From: Nitratidesulfovibrio vulgaris str. Hildenborough
GTDB taxonomy: Bacteria > Desulfobacterota > Desulfovibrionia > Desulfovibrionales > Desulfovibrionaceae
Assembly: GCF_000195755.1 (NCBI RefSeq)
Contig: NC_002937.3
Span: forward strand, 1,830,001 to 1,862,000
Reading direction: 5' to 3'
Length of the DNA stretch: 32,000 nt
The position numbers and the translations under genes were made by a program. Shown piece by piece: positions 16,930-27,938 of the stretch (position 1 is the first letter of the stretch; every line of letters starts with the position of its first letter). The notes under the pieces were generated by a model. It searched no databases. It worked only from the letters and a program-made list of their open reading frames with translations, and was not told the DNA's origin.

Positions 16930-17691
16930 ATGCAAGCCACCATATGCATCACCGGAGCAACCGCAGGGTTCGGCGAAGCCTGCGCCCGTCGTTTCGCCGC
17001 CGAGGGCTGCCGCCTTATCATCACCGGACGCCGCAAGGAACGCCTTGAAAAACTCGCCGCCGAACTCGGTGAAGACAGGTGCTTGCCGCTGGTCTTCGAC
17101 GTGCGTGACCGCAAGGCTGTGGAAGCGGCCTTTGCCGCCCTGCCCGAGGCGTTCGCCAACGTGGACGTACTCATCAACAATGCCGGGCTCGCCCTCGGAC
17201 TCGAACCGGCGCATCGCGCCTCTCTCGAAGACTGGGAGACGATGATAGACACCAACCTCAAGGGGCTCATGTACTGCACCCGCGCCCTGCTACCGGGCAT
17301 GGTGGAACGCGGCAAGGGACACGTGGTCAACCTCGGTTCCATTGCGGGGTCGTATCCGTACCCCGGCGGGAACACCTACGGAGCGACTAAAGCCTTCGTG
17401 ATGCAATTCTCCCGCAACCTGCGGGCAGACCTGCACGGAACGGGCGTACGAGTCACCAACATCGAACCGGGACTCGCCGAAAGCGAATTCTCCGTGATAC
17501 GCTTCAAGGGCGATGCCTCGAAGGCGGCTGGCGTCTACAAGGGCACGGAACCGCTGCGCCCTGTCGACATCGCCGACATCATCCATTTTGCGGTCACATG
17601 TCCGGCGCATGTGAACATCAATCGCATCGAAGTCATGCCCACGTGCCAATCCTTCGGTGCACTGCCGGTACACCGGACAGAAGCCGACTAG
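16930..17691 (+). CDS. NADP-dependent short-chain dehydrogenase/reductase (YdfG-like)
   Basis: AAGGAG 7 nt before ATG 16930. Motifs TGATAGFG, TGRRKE (NADP-type Arg), NNAG and YGATK. 253 aa. Confidence 0.88.
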   Translation: MQATICITGATAGFGEACARRFAAEGCRLIITGRRKERLEKLAAELGEDRCLPLVFDVRDRKAVEAAFAALPEAFANVDVLINNAGLALGLEPAHRASLEDWETMIDTNLKGLMYCTRALLPGMVERGKGHVVNLGSIAGSYPYPGGNTYGATKAFVMQFSRNLRADLHGTGVRVTNIEPGLAESEFSVIRFKGDASKAAGVYKGTEPLRPVDIADIIHFAVTCPAHVNINRIEVMPTCQSFGALPVHRTEAD

Positions 17692-17894
17692 GCCGCCTGT
17701 CGAAGCTAGAAAACAGGCGGGGGAGCGTACATAGTGGCTGCCCCGCCTGACCGTGACGCCCTTTCCCGGTGCCAGCGAATTGCGCCTGTACGGGGGATGA
17801 GCATCCGCCCAGACGTCCATGAACGGCGGACGGCGAGGCATTGCAACCGAATGAATCAAGTCCAACGCAACACGAACCCGTCGCCGGAGTCGAG

Positions 17895-18497
17895 ATGGAT
17901 AACGCCCTCAATATACTCATCAGCACTTGGATCAAGCTTTTCTTCGTTCTCGCACCGTTCTTCGTGCTGACGATGTTTCTTGCGCTGACGCGTTCGTTCA
18001 CCCCGCAACAGCAACGCCGCACCGCCGTGAAGGTAACCGTCGCCGTCTATGTCATCTGCATGTGTCTCTACTTCTTCGGTGATACCATTTTCGCCATCTT
18101 CGGTATCACACTCGATGCCTTCCGCATCGGTGCAGGGGCGTTGCTGTTCCTCTCGGCCGTGAGCCTCGTGCGGGGTCCGCAGCCCGCGCAAGAACCGCTT
18201 GCGGAAGGTGACATCAGCGTCGTGCCGCTTGCCATCCCCATCACGGTCGGCCCTGCGACGACGGGTGCACTGATGGTCATGGGGGCGACCGTCCGCACGC
18301 CCATGGAACGCGTCATGGGAAGCGTCTCGCTGCTGGCGGCAGTGCTCACCGTGGGAGGACTCCTCTACCTCGCCAACCCCATAGAAAGGATGCTGGGGCG
18401 CATTGGCATCTCCATCCTCACCAAACTGACGGGGCTCATTCTGGCTGCACTCGCCGCGCAAATCATCTTCACGGGAATCCGCAACTTTCTCGGCTAG
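17895..18497 (+). CDS. MarC/UPF0056-family integral membrane protein
   Basis: Start MDNALNIL at 17895 after GGAG. 200 aa with about six hydrophobic segments. The spacing and length are typical of the MarC family. Confidence 0.7.
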   Translation: MDNALNILISTWIKLFFVLAPFFVLTMFLALTRSFTPQQQRRTAVKVTVAVYVICMCLYFFGDTIFAIFGITLDAFRIGAGALLFLSAVSLVRGPQPAQEPLAEGDISVVPLAIPITVGPATTGALMVMGATVRTPMERVMGSVSLLAAVLTVGGLLYLANPIERMLGRIGISILTKLTGLILAALAAQIIFTGIRNFLG

Positions 18498-18718
18498 CCG
18501 TACCCTGCCTCGGGCGACAATGGATGACATACGGCGCTCAAGCGATGCCGGTCTGTTGCAGAAGACCGTCAGGTGACGTGATACGGGCTCAATGCTCGTG
18601 GAACATGGGACGTTGTGTCTTCTGCCCGCGCCCCCTGTCCTGCCGTGCAAGAAGCCTTGCCCTCGCGGGAGACGTGAACACAGTGGCATTGGCATGAATC
18701 GGGTACCGAAGCGCCATG

Positions 18719-18759
18719 AAAAAGCCCCCGGCATGTTGTCATGCCGGGGGCTTCATTCT
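18719..18759. terminator. Strong orphan bidirectional hairpin terminator
   Basis: Perfect 12-bp stem GCCCCCGGCATG/CATGCCGGGGGC with loop TTGT. A5 upstream gives T5 on the minus strand, and TTCATTCT follows downstream. It lies about 220 nt from the marC-like stop and about 300 nt from the GGDEF stop. Confidence 0.65.
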
Positions 18760-19056
18760 ACCGAATCATCCGGGAGACCCCTGAAGGAAAAACCGCAAGC
18801 GGTAACCGTCTCCTCGATTCAGGCCGACTCGGTCAGTGTGACACCAACGGTCTGCGCGTCATCAGTCTCCTGCCAGCTGAAGCGGAGGCAGGCTCGTGGC
18901 CTCACCCCGTGGGGCACGTGCCTACCAAGGCGTCGGCCTCCGCAGGGGGCATGAAGAACGCACACAAGGCAATACGCAGACAAACAGCTGAAAGACGGAT
19001 TCAAGCCGCATCACGTCTGTCTGCAACGGGGTACCGCGACAAACGGGGTGCTGCCA

Positions 19057-20115
19057 TCAACCTCGCGGCAGCGGCCACACGCGGATGCGATTCCGTCCGG
19101 CGTCCTTGGCGGCGTAGAGGGCATCGTCGGCGGCATCGACAAGGTTGTCACGAATAGTGGAAGGTGCCCAGTCGGGAGAGATGACCGCAACACCTCCGCT
19201 CACTGTAATGGACAGGTCGCGCTGAAGCACGTTGCCGTCTCCGTCGCGTATGGAGAAGAGGTTTCTCTCCAGCGATGCACGCACGTCTTCTGCGACATCT
19301 GCTGCACGCAACGCCACCGCCCCTGCGAGCACCACGGCGAACTCCTCGCCACCGTACCGTGCAGGAAAGACAGATCCCGCCGGGTCATCGGCGGAAGTGG
19401 CCACACGTGCCAGAGCCTGCCCGACAGTCTGAAGGGCCTGGTCACCGATACGATGCCCATAGACGTCGTTGAAGGTCTTGAAGTGGTCGATATCGAGCAT
19501 GATGAGCGCCAGAGGACGCCGCATCACATTCCAGTCATCGATGCACTGCAACAGGTGACCGTCAAATGCCCTGCGGTTTGCTATGCCGGTCAGAAAGTCA
19601 CGGCTCAACAGTTCGTTCATCGACGACGCATCGGCATGGAGAAGATTCTCGACCTCGCGGAACGTGTTGCGCAACACACTGACAATGGTTTCCGGGTCGC
19701 CACCGTGCAAGACGGCATCCACGCTTGCCTGCTCAAGACCTTTGACGACACCCTTGCGTTGCTGCAACAATCGTCTGAAATCTTCGACAAGCGTACCGGC
19801 TTCGGAGAGTGCCTGCCGCAAACGCTGTTCATACGGGGCGACAAGTATCTCCCTGTCACGCAGAAGAACCTCTTCGAAACGCCTGTCGGAAAAATCACGG
19901 TCACGCAGGACGGAAACAAGCAAGTCCTGCACAGCCGCCTTCTGGTTTTCCGTAAGATACGAAAAGTCGGCAAGCCCGCGCATGTAAAGGATAAGCGTGC
20001 GCCACTTCTGGTGTCTTGGAACACCGGCCTTGTCGAGGGCCTCGCAGAAGCGCCCCTCCGTGAAAAAATCGCATGAATCCCGGTCGCAACATCCGAAGGA
20101 CGTAACATCACGCAT
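19057..20115 (-). CDS. Soluble GGDEF-domain diguanylate cyclase with a Cys-rich N-terminus
   Basis: ATG at 20115 after GAGG, with an alternative GTG at 20136. GGDEF-domain strings LTGIANRRAF, DIDHFKTFND and RYGGEEF. No RxxD I-site five residues upstream of GGEEF. No TM segments. 352 aa. Confidence 0.88.
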   Translation of the reverse strand: MRDVTSFGCCDRDSCDFFTEGRFCEALDKAGVPRHQKWRTLILYMRGLADFSYLTENQKAAVQDLLVSVLRDRDFSDRRFEEVLLRDREILVAPYEQRLRQALSEAGTLVEDFRRLLQQRKGVVKGLEQASVDAVLHGGDPETIVSVLRNTFREVENLLHADASSMNELLSRDFLTGIANRRAFDGHLLQCIDDWNVMRRPLALIMLDIDHFKTFNDVYGHRIGDQALQTVGQALARVATSADDPAGSVFPARYGGEEFAVVLAGAVALRAADVAEDVRASLERNLFSIRDGDGNVLQRDLSITVSGGVAVISPDWAPSTIRDNLVDAADDALYAAKDAGRNRIRVWPLPRG

Positions 20116-20147
20116 TATGGCCTCGCAAACATACACTATGCATGGCC

Positions 20148-20843
20148 CTATACCCCACCCGTTCTCACATTACGCACAGCCGGCCAGATATTGCAAGGCC
20201 TTGCCGGAGAAAAGCCAGCCCTGAAAGCATCTTCCGCAGTGGAAAAGTACACCCTGTTACGACTGGCGACCCTACGCCCCTCGGCGCACCCCGGCGAAAA
20301 GAACCTGTGACTGTTCCGGTTGCCGACATACTCCCCTGCCGGGAACGATTCGAGCACGACCTTCCAGAATCCTGCCCGCGCATCCATGGCACGACGCTGC
20401 GCTGCCAGCAACCGCGCCTGTAGGGCCTGCGGCACATCATCATGGTAGTAGACATACGCGGAGCCCTTCTCCACAAGCACCTCGTTCAGCGAACGCCCGT
20501 CAGGCAACCGGACATCGCACAGCCCCCTGCCGTGCCTGTCCTTGCCTGCCCCAACAGGTACGAGAACCAGCGTTGCTTTCCCGGCAATCTCGGCGGCAAT
20601 CTTTCGGGATGCCTCGGCGTAATACTGGTCCGGGGCCCCATCATGCCCGATTTCCGGGGTATCGATGCCAGCCAGACGCACCTTGCTCGCCCTGTTATAG
20701 ACGAAGGTATCGCCATCCAGGAACGTCGCCCCGGAAACAACAAGGTTCTGTGCTTCGACTTGCGCGCACAGCACGACAAGCAGCGACACAAGCACATGTG
20801 ACAGGAATGCAACGATAGTACGTGAACAGATGCTTCGGCGCAT
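20148..20843 (-). CDS. Secreted staphylococcal-nuclease-like (SNase/thermonuclease) protein with a C-terminal Ada-Zn-like tail
   Basis: ATG at 20843. Signal-peptide-like N-terminus ...LLVVLCAQVEAQN. SNase core VRLAGIDTPE and DRHGRGL..V...G.SLNEVLVEKGSAYVY. Tail NRNSHRFFSPGC...NRVYFSTAEDAFRAGFSPARPC. 231 aa. Confidence 0.8.
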   Translation of the reverse strand: MRRSICSRTIVAFLSHVLVSLLVVLCAQVEAQNLVVSGATFLDGDTFVYNRASKVRLAGIDTPEIGHDGAPDQYYAEASRKIAAEIAGKATLVLVPVGAGKDRHGRGLCDVRLPDGRSLNEVLVEKGSAYVYYHDDVPQALQARLLAAQRRAMDARAGFWKVVLESFPAGEYVGNRNSHRFFSPGCAEGRRVASRNRVYFSTAEDAFRAGFSPARPCNIWPAVRNVRTGGV

Positions 20844-20971
20844 ATCCTGCCCCGTCTTGGGCCGCACATGCGGCAAGATGCTCGAAATGATGTATTCAGA
20901 CCTTCAAGGGGCACGATACCTGCCGAAGCCCCCTCCGCAGAATACCCGCACCGATGCTGCCATGTACAAAT

Positions 20972-20993
20972 GGGGCGACCCGAAGGCCGCCCC
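20972..20993 (-). terminator. Hairpin after rpoD (possible terminator or attenuator)
   Basis: Minus strand GGGGCGGCC-TTCG-GGTCGCCCC, a 9-bp stem with one G-U pair and a TTCG loop. It is followed by ATTTGTA, a weak U-tract, 9 nt after the rpoD stop. Confidence 0.45.
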
Positions 20994-21001
20994 GAAGTCG
21001 A

Positions 21002-22766
<1,765 letters not shown>

Positions 22767-22774
<8 letters not shown>

Positions 22775-24485
22775 GGGACCTCCCCAACGTTTCCTGCAAC
22801 GCCCGCAGCAGTTCGATGTCTGCCGCCGGGTCGGACACTCCGCCCATCTGCTGGCGCAGCGCTGCCATGCACGACGCGCTCTGCACCTTCAGTTGCATGT
22901 CGGCCAACATATGCCGCACAGCCGCGAGTTCGCCCTCTTCATTGTCGAGAGGGGGTACCTCGCCAGTGCGGCAGCGAATCCAGAACGTCTTTTCCCGTTC
23001 CGAGAGGTGGTCGACCACCTCTTCGGCACCATGACGCTCGATCTTGTCCCATAACGTCCGCGCCCATTCGGTACCCAGCACGAGGTCTGCCCCCGCCTCC
23101 TGCAACTGCGGCAGGCAATGGGGATACCGCACGGCGAACGTCATTATTTCGCGGTCACGTGATGCATGACCGCGCGCAACCGGCTTCTTCGCCGGGGCGG
23201 CTGCGTGCGCTTTGACGCGCTCGGCAAGGCTGTCACGCAACTCTGCCTCGTTGAGGCCGAGTCCGCCCGCAAGCCGCGTTATGTAATACGAAAGCAATTC
23301 GGGCTGCTCGACCTGCGCGAGAAACCCTTTCGTCCAGTCAAGCATATCTCGCGGGGCCTGTGCCGCCAGACTCCGCATGCAGAAATCCAGTCCATCAGGG
23401 GCCTCGTTCCGTATGCTTTCGAAAGCATCACGCCCGGCCCCGTGCAACAGGCTGTCGATGTCCTCTCCCTGTGGCAGGAGAACGACCTTGCAACGCATCC
23501 CGCGCACCAGAAGCATCTCGCAACTGCGCAAGGCTGCCTTGCGCCCCGCGTTGTCGCCGTCGAACAACAATTCAACCGTCGAACAGAAGCCAGAAAGCCG
23601 CTTCACCTGTTCGGGCGTGAGCGCCGTACCAAGCACCCCGACGGCGTTGTTGTAGCCGAACTGGTGCAGGGTGAGCACATCCATGTAGCCTTCTGTCAGC
23701 ATGGCTACCTTGTGCTGCGAGATGGCGCGCCGCGCCTGATACAGTCCGTACAGGTGGTCGCCCTTCTTGTAGATGGGCGAATCGCTACTGTTGATATATT
23801 TGGCCTGATCATCCTCGGCGATGATACGCCCGCCGAATGCGATGACCTGTCCGGCAAGACTCTTTATGGGAAAGATCAATCGCCCACGAAACCTGTCATA
23901 GGCTCTTCCGCTGTCACTGGTGGCAAGCAGACCCGCCTTGACGGCAAGCCCCTGCGCAAAACCGGCACGCCGCAACGTGTCTGCCAGCGACTGCCATTCG
24001 CGCAGACTCCAGCCGAGTTCGAAACTCTCGATGATTTCCGGGGCGATGGCACGCCGCTGCATATAATCGCGACATTCCTGCCCTTCCCGCTTCGCGAGGT
24101 TGCCGACGAAATGCGCACGCGCCACGTCATACATCCGCAGACATTGCCGCCGTAGCGACTGTTCCTGCTGCGCCCGCGGGTCGGGCTTCCAGTCGTCGAG
24201 TGCCACCCCCGCCTCTTCGGCGAGTTGTTCAAGCGTCTCGCGAAAGTCGAGTCCGTTTATGCGCCCGTAGAAATCGAAGAGGTCACCGGACGCCTGACAA
24301 CCGAAACAGTAGAAGAACCCCTCCTCCTCGTTGATCGAAAATGAAGGCTTCGTCTCCTGATGGAAAGGACAGGGCGCCATCCAGCGACCACCTGCCCTTC
24401 TGAGCTCGACATATCTTCTCGCGATATCGACAAGATTGAGCCGACTCTTTATGGCCTGAACGACACTACCGTCCCTGCGCTTCAT
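22767..24485 (-). CDS. dnaG: DNA primase
   Basis: Zinc ribbon [11 protein letters not shown]...YCFGC and [15 protein letters not shown]...DGDNAGRKA. 572 aa. Confidence 0.95.
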
Positions 24486-24517
24486 GCCAACCTCGCGCCC
24501 GAATGAAGCAGCATGGC

Positions 24518-26833
24518 CTAGCGGAATTCAACAAGCGTCACACCGTCACCGCCCTGGTCCTCCGGAGCGAGGGAGAACGTGGCGATCGCTGGAGACTGGC
24601 GCAGATAGGCATGCACCTCCTTGCGAAGCGCACCCGTTCCACGCCCGTGGATGATCTCAAGCACACTTCTGCCCGCAAGCAGCGCATTGTCCACACCCTT
24701 TTCCAGTTCGCTCAACGCAACATCAGCACGCATTCCACGCAAGTCAAGACGCATGGGCACAGGCGATGCAGAAACTGTCTGCGTGACGGATGCGCGCGTC
24801 TCGGGTCTGGCGTCGCTAGGGGCAAGGTCGCGGGCTTCGGCCCACAGGAACACCCCGCTCATGTCGATGCGAACCCGCGACTTGCGCAGGTCGACCTCAG
24901 CCACGACAGCCTTCTTGCCCCACGGACGATGGAACACCGGCTGCCCCTGACGGAGTGTGGCCACATCGACGGAGACGGGCTGTTCCTGTTCGGCTTGGGA
25001 TTCTGCGGGCTGGGTCGAAAGGGTCTCGCGTACTTTCGAAAGTGCCTTGAGGGTCTGCTTGTGGCTCACCTTTCCGTCTTTCCAGTCGCGCAGCACGCTC
25101 TGCGCCTGCGCCTGAATATCCCGGAAGAGGGTCTCGCGCTCACGCGCGAAGCGTTCTTCAAGCTTCATGCGTTTTGCGCGGTACTTCTCCTCTTCGGCAC
25201 GGAGGGCGTCGAGTTCACGCTCGCGGTCGACCGCAAGGCTATTCAGTCGTGCAACCAGCGCCGAGGTGTCTTCACCGTCAAGCAGCAGATAGTTCTCTGC
25301 CCTGCGGAGGACGCTTTCCGGCAGTCCGTGCTCGCGCGCCACGTCAAGGGCCTGACTTGCCCCGACCTGATCGTAGGCGAGTGTGTACAGAGGCTTGCGT
25401 GATTTGGGATCGAAGAGCACCGAAGCGGCACGCACCCCTTCGCGGGAGAGCGCATAGGCCTTCAGTGCCGGGAAGTGCGTGGCGGCGATGACCGAGGCAC
25501 CATGCGCCATGAGTTCATCAAGTACCGCCTGTGCGAGCGCGGCACCCTGCGCAGGGTCGGTGCCCGCACCGAATTCATCGAGGATGACGAGCGTGCTGTC
25601 ATCGAGCCCGTCCCACACCCGCCCGAGATGGGTTATCTGGGCCGTGAAGGTGCTCACATGGTCTTCGAGACTCTGTTCATCGCCGATGAAGGCATGCACA
25701 GTCGTCCATGCGGGCAGTGAACTGCCGGGGGCTGCGGGCACGGGAAGAGCGGACAGGGCCATCAGCGTGATGAGTCCGGCGGTCTTCAGCGACACCGTCT
25801 TGCCGCCCGCGTTGCCACCGCTGATGACGAGGCAGCGCTGTCCGTCGCCGAGGGCGATGTCCACGGGCTGCACAGCGTGACCGGCGAGCACGAGAAGCGG
25901 ATGCCGGGCCTTGCGCAGGTCGAGTGTCCGCCCCGACTCCATGCGCACCACGCTGCCATCGAAGGCAGCCGCGAGGGCACATTTGGCAAGCAGCACATCG
26001 GCAGTCACAAGCAGGTCGAAGGCAGCACGCACGCCAGCGAGTTCGCCGCGAACGAGGTCGGTGAGATAGGTGAGCACCTTGCGCTCTTCGGCCCTCTCCT
26101 CACGCTTGAGTTCCTGCAACCTGTTGTTGACCTCGACGAGGAACATGGGCTCGAAGTAGCAGGTCTCACCCGTCTGCGAATAGTCGTGGATGATGCCCTG
26201 CAGCCGTCCCTTGAAGTTCGACTTGAGAGGCAGCACGTACCTGTCGGACGAGAGGGTCATGAACTCGTCCTGAAGGTAATGGAGGATGTTGTACTGTTGG
26301 GCGTAGTCCTTGACCTTGCGCGTGCACTGCTGGTGCAACCTGCGAATCTCCTGCCTTGCGAGCAGAAGTTCTGGCGAGCTTTCATCGCGCAGCAGGCCGT
26401 CTTCGGAGACACAACGCTCAAGACCGGACACGGACCGCAAGGGTAGCGGGGTACGCAGAGTGAGCGTCGAAAGGGTCTCCCAACGCCCTGCGGTGGCAGC
26501 GCCTTCGGCTACCGAAGTCACAAGGGCGCGCGCCTGCGTGAGCATCTGCCGGAGAGCCCATAGCGCCTCAAGGTCGAGAACGGCACTCTGCCCTTCCAGG
26601 TAGCGGAAGACCCCGCCCAGCGGAGGAAAGACCGACAGACGGAAGCCGGTATGCTCACTCCAGCGGCGTGCATCCTCAAGCAGAGCGGTAGCGTCGGCAA
26701 GCGCATCGGAACCGGGGCACGGTGCAAGGGCCAGACAGGCCTCGCGACCGGCTTCGGAGACGCAGTATCGCGCCAGATGGTGCAATACCTTGTCGTATTC
26801 GAGTGCACGCAGGGTGCGGGCTTCAAGTGTCAC
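24518..26833 (-). CDS. mutS2: Endonuclease MutS2 (MutS domain V ATPase with C-terminal Smr)
   Basis: GTG start 6 nt after the yqeY stop. Walker A GGNAGGKTVSLKT. C-terminal Smr LDLRGMR...IIHGRGTGALR. 771 aa. Confidence 0.93.
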   Translation of the reverse strand: MTLEARTLRALEYDKVLHHLARYCVSEAGREACLALAPCPGSDALADATALLEDARRWSEHTGFRLSVFPPLGGVFRYLEGQSAVLDLEALWALRQMLTQARALVTSVAEGAATAGRWETLSTLTLRTPLPLRSVSGLERCVSEDGLLRDESSPELLLARQEIRRLHQQCTRKVKDYAQQYNILHYLQDEFMTLSSDRYVLPLKSNFKGRLQGIIHDYSQTGETCYFEPMFLVEVNNRLQELKREERAEERKVLTYLTDLVRGELAGVRAAFDLLVTADVLLAKCALAAAFDGSVVRMESGRTLDLRKARHPLLVLAGHAVQPVDIALGDGQRCLVISGGNAGGKTVSLKTAGLITLMALSALPVPAAPGSSLPAWTTVHAFIGDEQSLEDHVSTFTAQITHLGRVWDGLDDSTLVILDEFGAGTDPAQGAALAQAVLDELMAHGASVIAATHFPALKAYALSREGVRAASVLFDPKSRKPLYTLAYDQVGASQALDVAREHGLPESVLRRAENYLLLDGEDTSALVARLNSLAVDRERELDALRAEEEKYRAKRMKLEERFARERETLFRDIQAQAQSVLRDWKDGKVSHKQTLKALSKVRETLSTQPAESQAEQEQPVSVDVATLRQGQPVFHRPWGKKAVVAEVDLRKSRVRIDMSGVFLWAEARDLAPSDARPETRASVTQTVSASPVPMRLDLRGMRADVALSELEKGVDNALLAGRSVLEIIHGRGTGALRKEVHAYLRQSPAIATFSLAPEDQGGDGVTLVEFR

Positions 26834-26839
26834 TGACTG

Positions 26840-27289
26840 CTAGCCCGCCTGCAGACGTGCGCGAACGGCCGAACTGAGTTCCTTGCCGTCTACGCGCCCC
26901 TTGTGCTCATCCATGATGGCGCTCATCACACGCCCCATGTCCTTCATGGAGGTCGCACCAGAGGCGGCAACGGCGGATTCGATGGCTGCGGAAAGCTCTT
27001 CGCCGGTGAGCGGCTGGGGCAGATACTCGCGAATGACCCCAAGCTCCGCATCTTCCTTGTCAGCGAGGTCATCCCGTCCTGCGGCACGGAACTGCTCGAT
27101 GGAGTCGACCCGCTGCTTGGCCTGCTTGGTGAGCAGGTCGAGCATTTCGGCCTCTTCCACAGGGCGGCGCAACTCGACCTGAAGGTTCTTGGCGGCGGTC
27201 TTGAGCAGTCGCAACACGCCAAGGCGAAGGGCATCCTTGGCCTTGTAGGCGACAACGTAGTCTTTTTCCAGACGTTCGATGAGTGTCAT
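26840..27289 (-). CDS. GatB/YqeY-domain protein
   Basis: Start MTLIERLEKDYVVAYKAKD at 27289. The pattern is YqeY-like throughout (LRLLKTA, QRVDSIEQF, GRVMS). 149 aa. Confidence 0.85.
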   Translation of the reverse strand: MTLIERLEKDYVVAYKAKDALRLGVLRLLKTAAKNLQVELRRPVEEAEMLDLLTKQAKQRVDSIEQFRAAGRDDLADKEDAELGVIREYLPQPLTGEELSAAIESAVAASGATSMKDMGRVMSAIMDEHKGRVDGKELSSAVRARLQAG

Positions 27290-27320
27290 GTGGCACCTGG
27301 GTGGTTGGATGAAACGAGAC

Positions 27321-27352
27321 ACGGGAAACCCGGATGGATCCGGGCTTCCCGT
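27321..27352 (-). terminator. Internal hairpin between rpsU and yqeY (possible attenuator)
   Basis: ACGGGAA(A)CCCGGAT-GG-ATCCGGG(C)TTCCCGT is an imperfect 14-15 bp inverted repeat. On the minus strand it is followed by GTGTCTCGTTTC, a weak U-tract. Confidence 0.35.
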
Positions 27353-27404
27353 TCAATGCGTGCGTCAAGCCCGACCCCAGGCCGGAACCGGGAGACGGGA
27401 CGGC

Positions 27405-27608
27405 TTACGCCATGTTCATCTTCCTGATCTTCTTGAGGAGGCGCTTGCGGGCCGCAGCCTTCTTCTTCTTGCGCATCACGCTGGGCTTCTCGTAGTGCTG
27501 GCGCTTCTTCATTTCAGAAAGAATGCCAGCCTTCTCGACCTGCTTCTTGAAGCGGCGCAGAGCGATGTCGAAGTTGTAGTCGTCCTCATTGAGGTAGACA
27601 CCGGGCAA
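27405..27608 (-). CDS. rpsU: 30S ribosomal protein S21
   Basis: [27 protein letters not shown] followed by a basic tail. I prefer the TTG at 27608, which lies 8 nt after GGAGG and gives MPGVY (67 aa). The GTG at 27617 used by the ORF track directly abuts the SD. Confidence 0.9.
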   Translation of the reverse strand: MPGVYLNEDDYNFDIALRRFKKQVEKAGILSEMKKRQHYEKPSVMRKKKKAAARKRLLKKIRKMNMA

Positions 27609-27675
27609 AGAAATCACCTCCCATCACAGAAAATCGGCCCCACAAGGGGCAAGAGGGTTACATAGTGCACCCTCG

Positions 27676-27709
27676 AAAAAAAGGCAAGCCCCGGATGGCG
27701 GGGCCTGCC
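27676..27709 (-). terminator. Rho-independent terminator of the hup/small-ORF transcript
   Basis: Minus strand GGCAGGCCCCG-ccatc-CGGGGCTTGCC followed by TTTTTTT, 15 nt after the small-ORF stop. Confidence 0.8.
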
Positions 27710-27724
27710 CACTCGTCGTGTCGC

Positions 27725-27928
27725 CTAATGATGGCTACCGTGACAGTCCTTGGCGCAATCGCGCATGGACTTGAGCATGACGTAACCGACGCCGCTCAGG
27801 ATAACAAAGAGCACGGCATACAGCACACCGAAGAAGATGGCGTGGTCGGGCATCCACCAGGGGATGTCCTGCGGAAGGGGGCTCTGGATCGTTTCGCCAT
27901 GAATGGCCCACTGCAGAGGTTCGAGCAT
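27725..27928 (-). CDS. Small (67 aa) single-pass membrane protein with a Cys/His-rich C-terminus, function unknown
   Basis: AAGGAGAAG RBS overlaps the hup TAA stop, 6 nt before the ATG. One clear hydrophobic helix, HAIFFGVLYAVLFVILSGVGYVML. Tail MRDCAKDCHGSHH. A strong terminator follows. Confidence 0.6.
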   Translation of the reverse strand: MLEPLQWAIHGETIQSPLPQDIPWWMPDHAIFFGVLYAVLFVILSGVGYVMLKSMRDCAKDCHGSHH

Positions 27929-27938
27929 CGGCTTCTCC

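Noticed and set aside
18860-18930. Possible SRP (4.5S) RNA. CCTGCCAGCTGAAGCGGAGGCAGG and GATGACGCG-like strings recall E. coli 4.5S segments.
   Set aside because: The order and orientation of the matching strings are inconsistent with the SRP domain IV layout, and the GGAA tetraloop/AGCA motifs are absent.
18819-19004. 61-aa minus-strand ORF and the 120/138-aa plus-strand ORFs in the 18498-19056 gap.
   Set aside because: The minus ORF has a TTG start without an RBS. The plus ORFs read straight through the 12-bp terminator hairpin, and their translations look like random GC-rich sequence. The gap is kept as a noncoding-RNA candidate instead.
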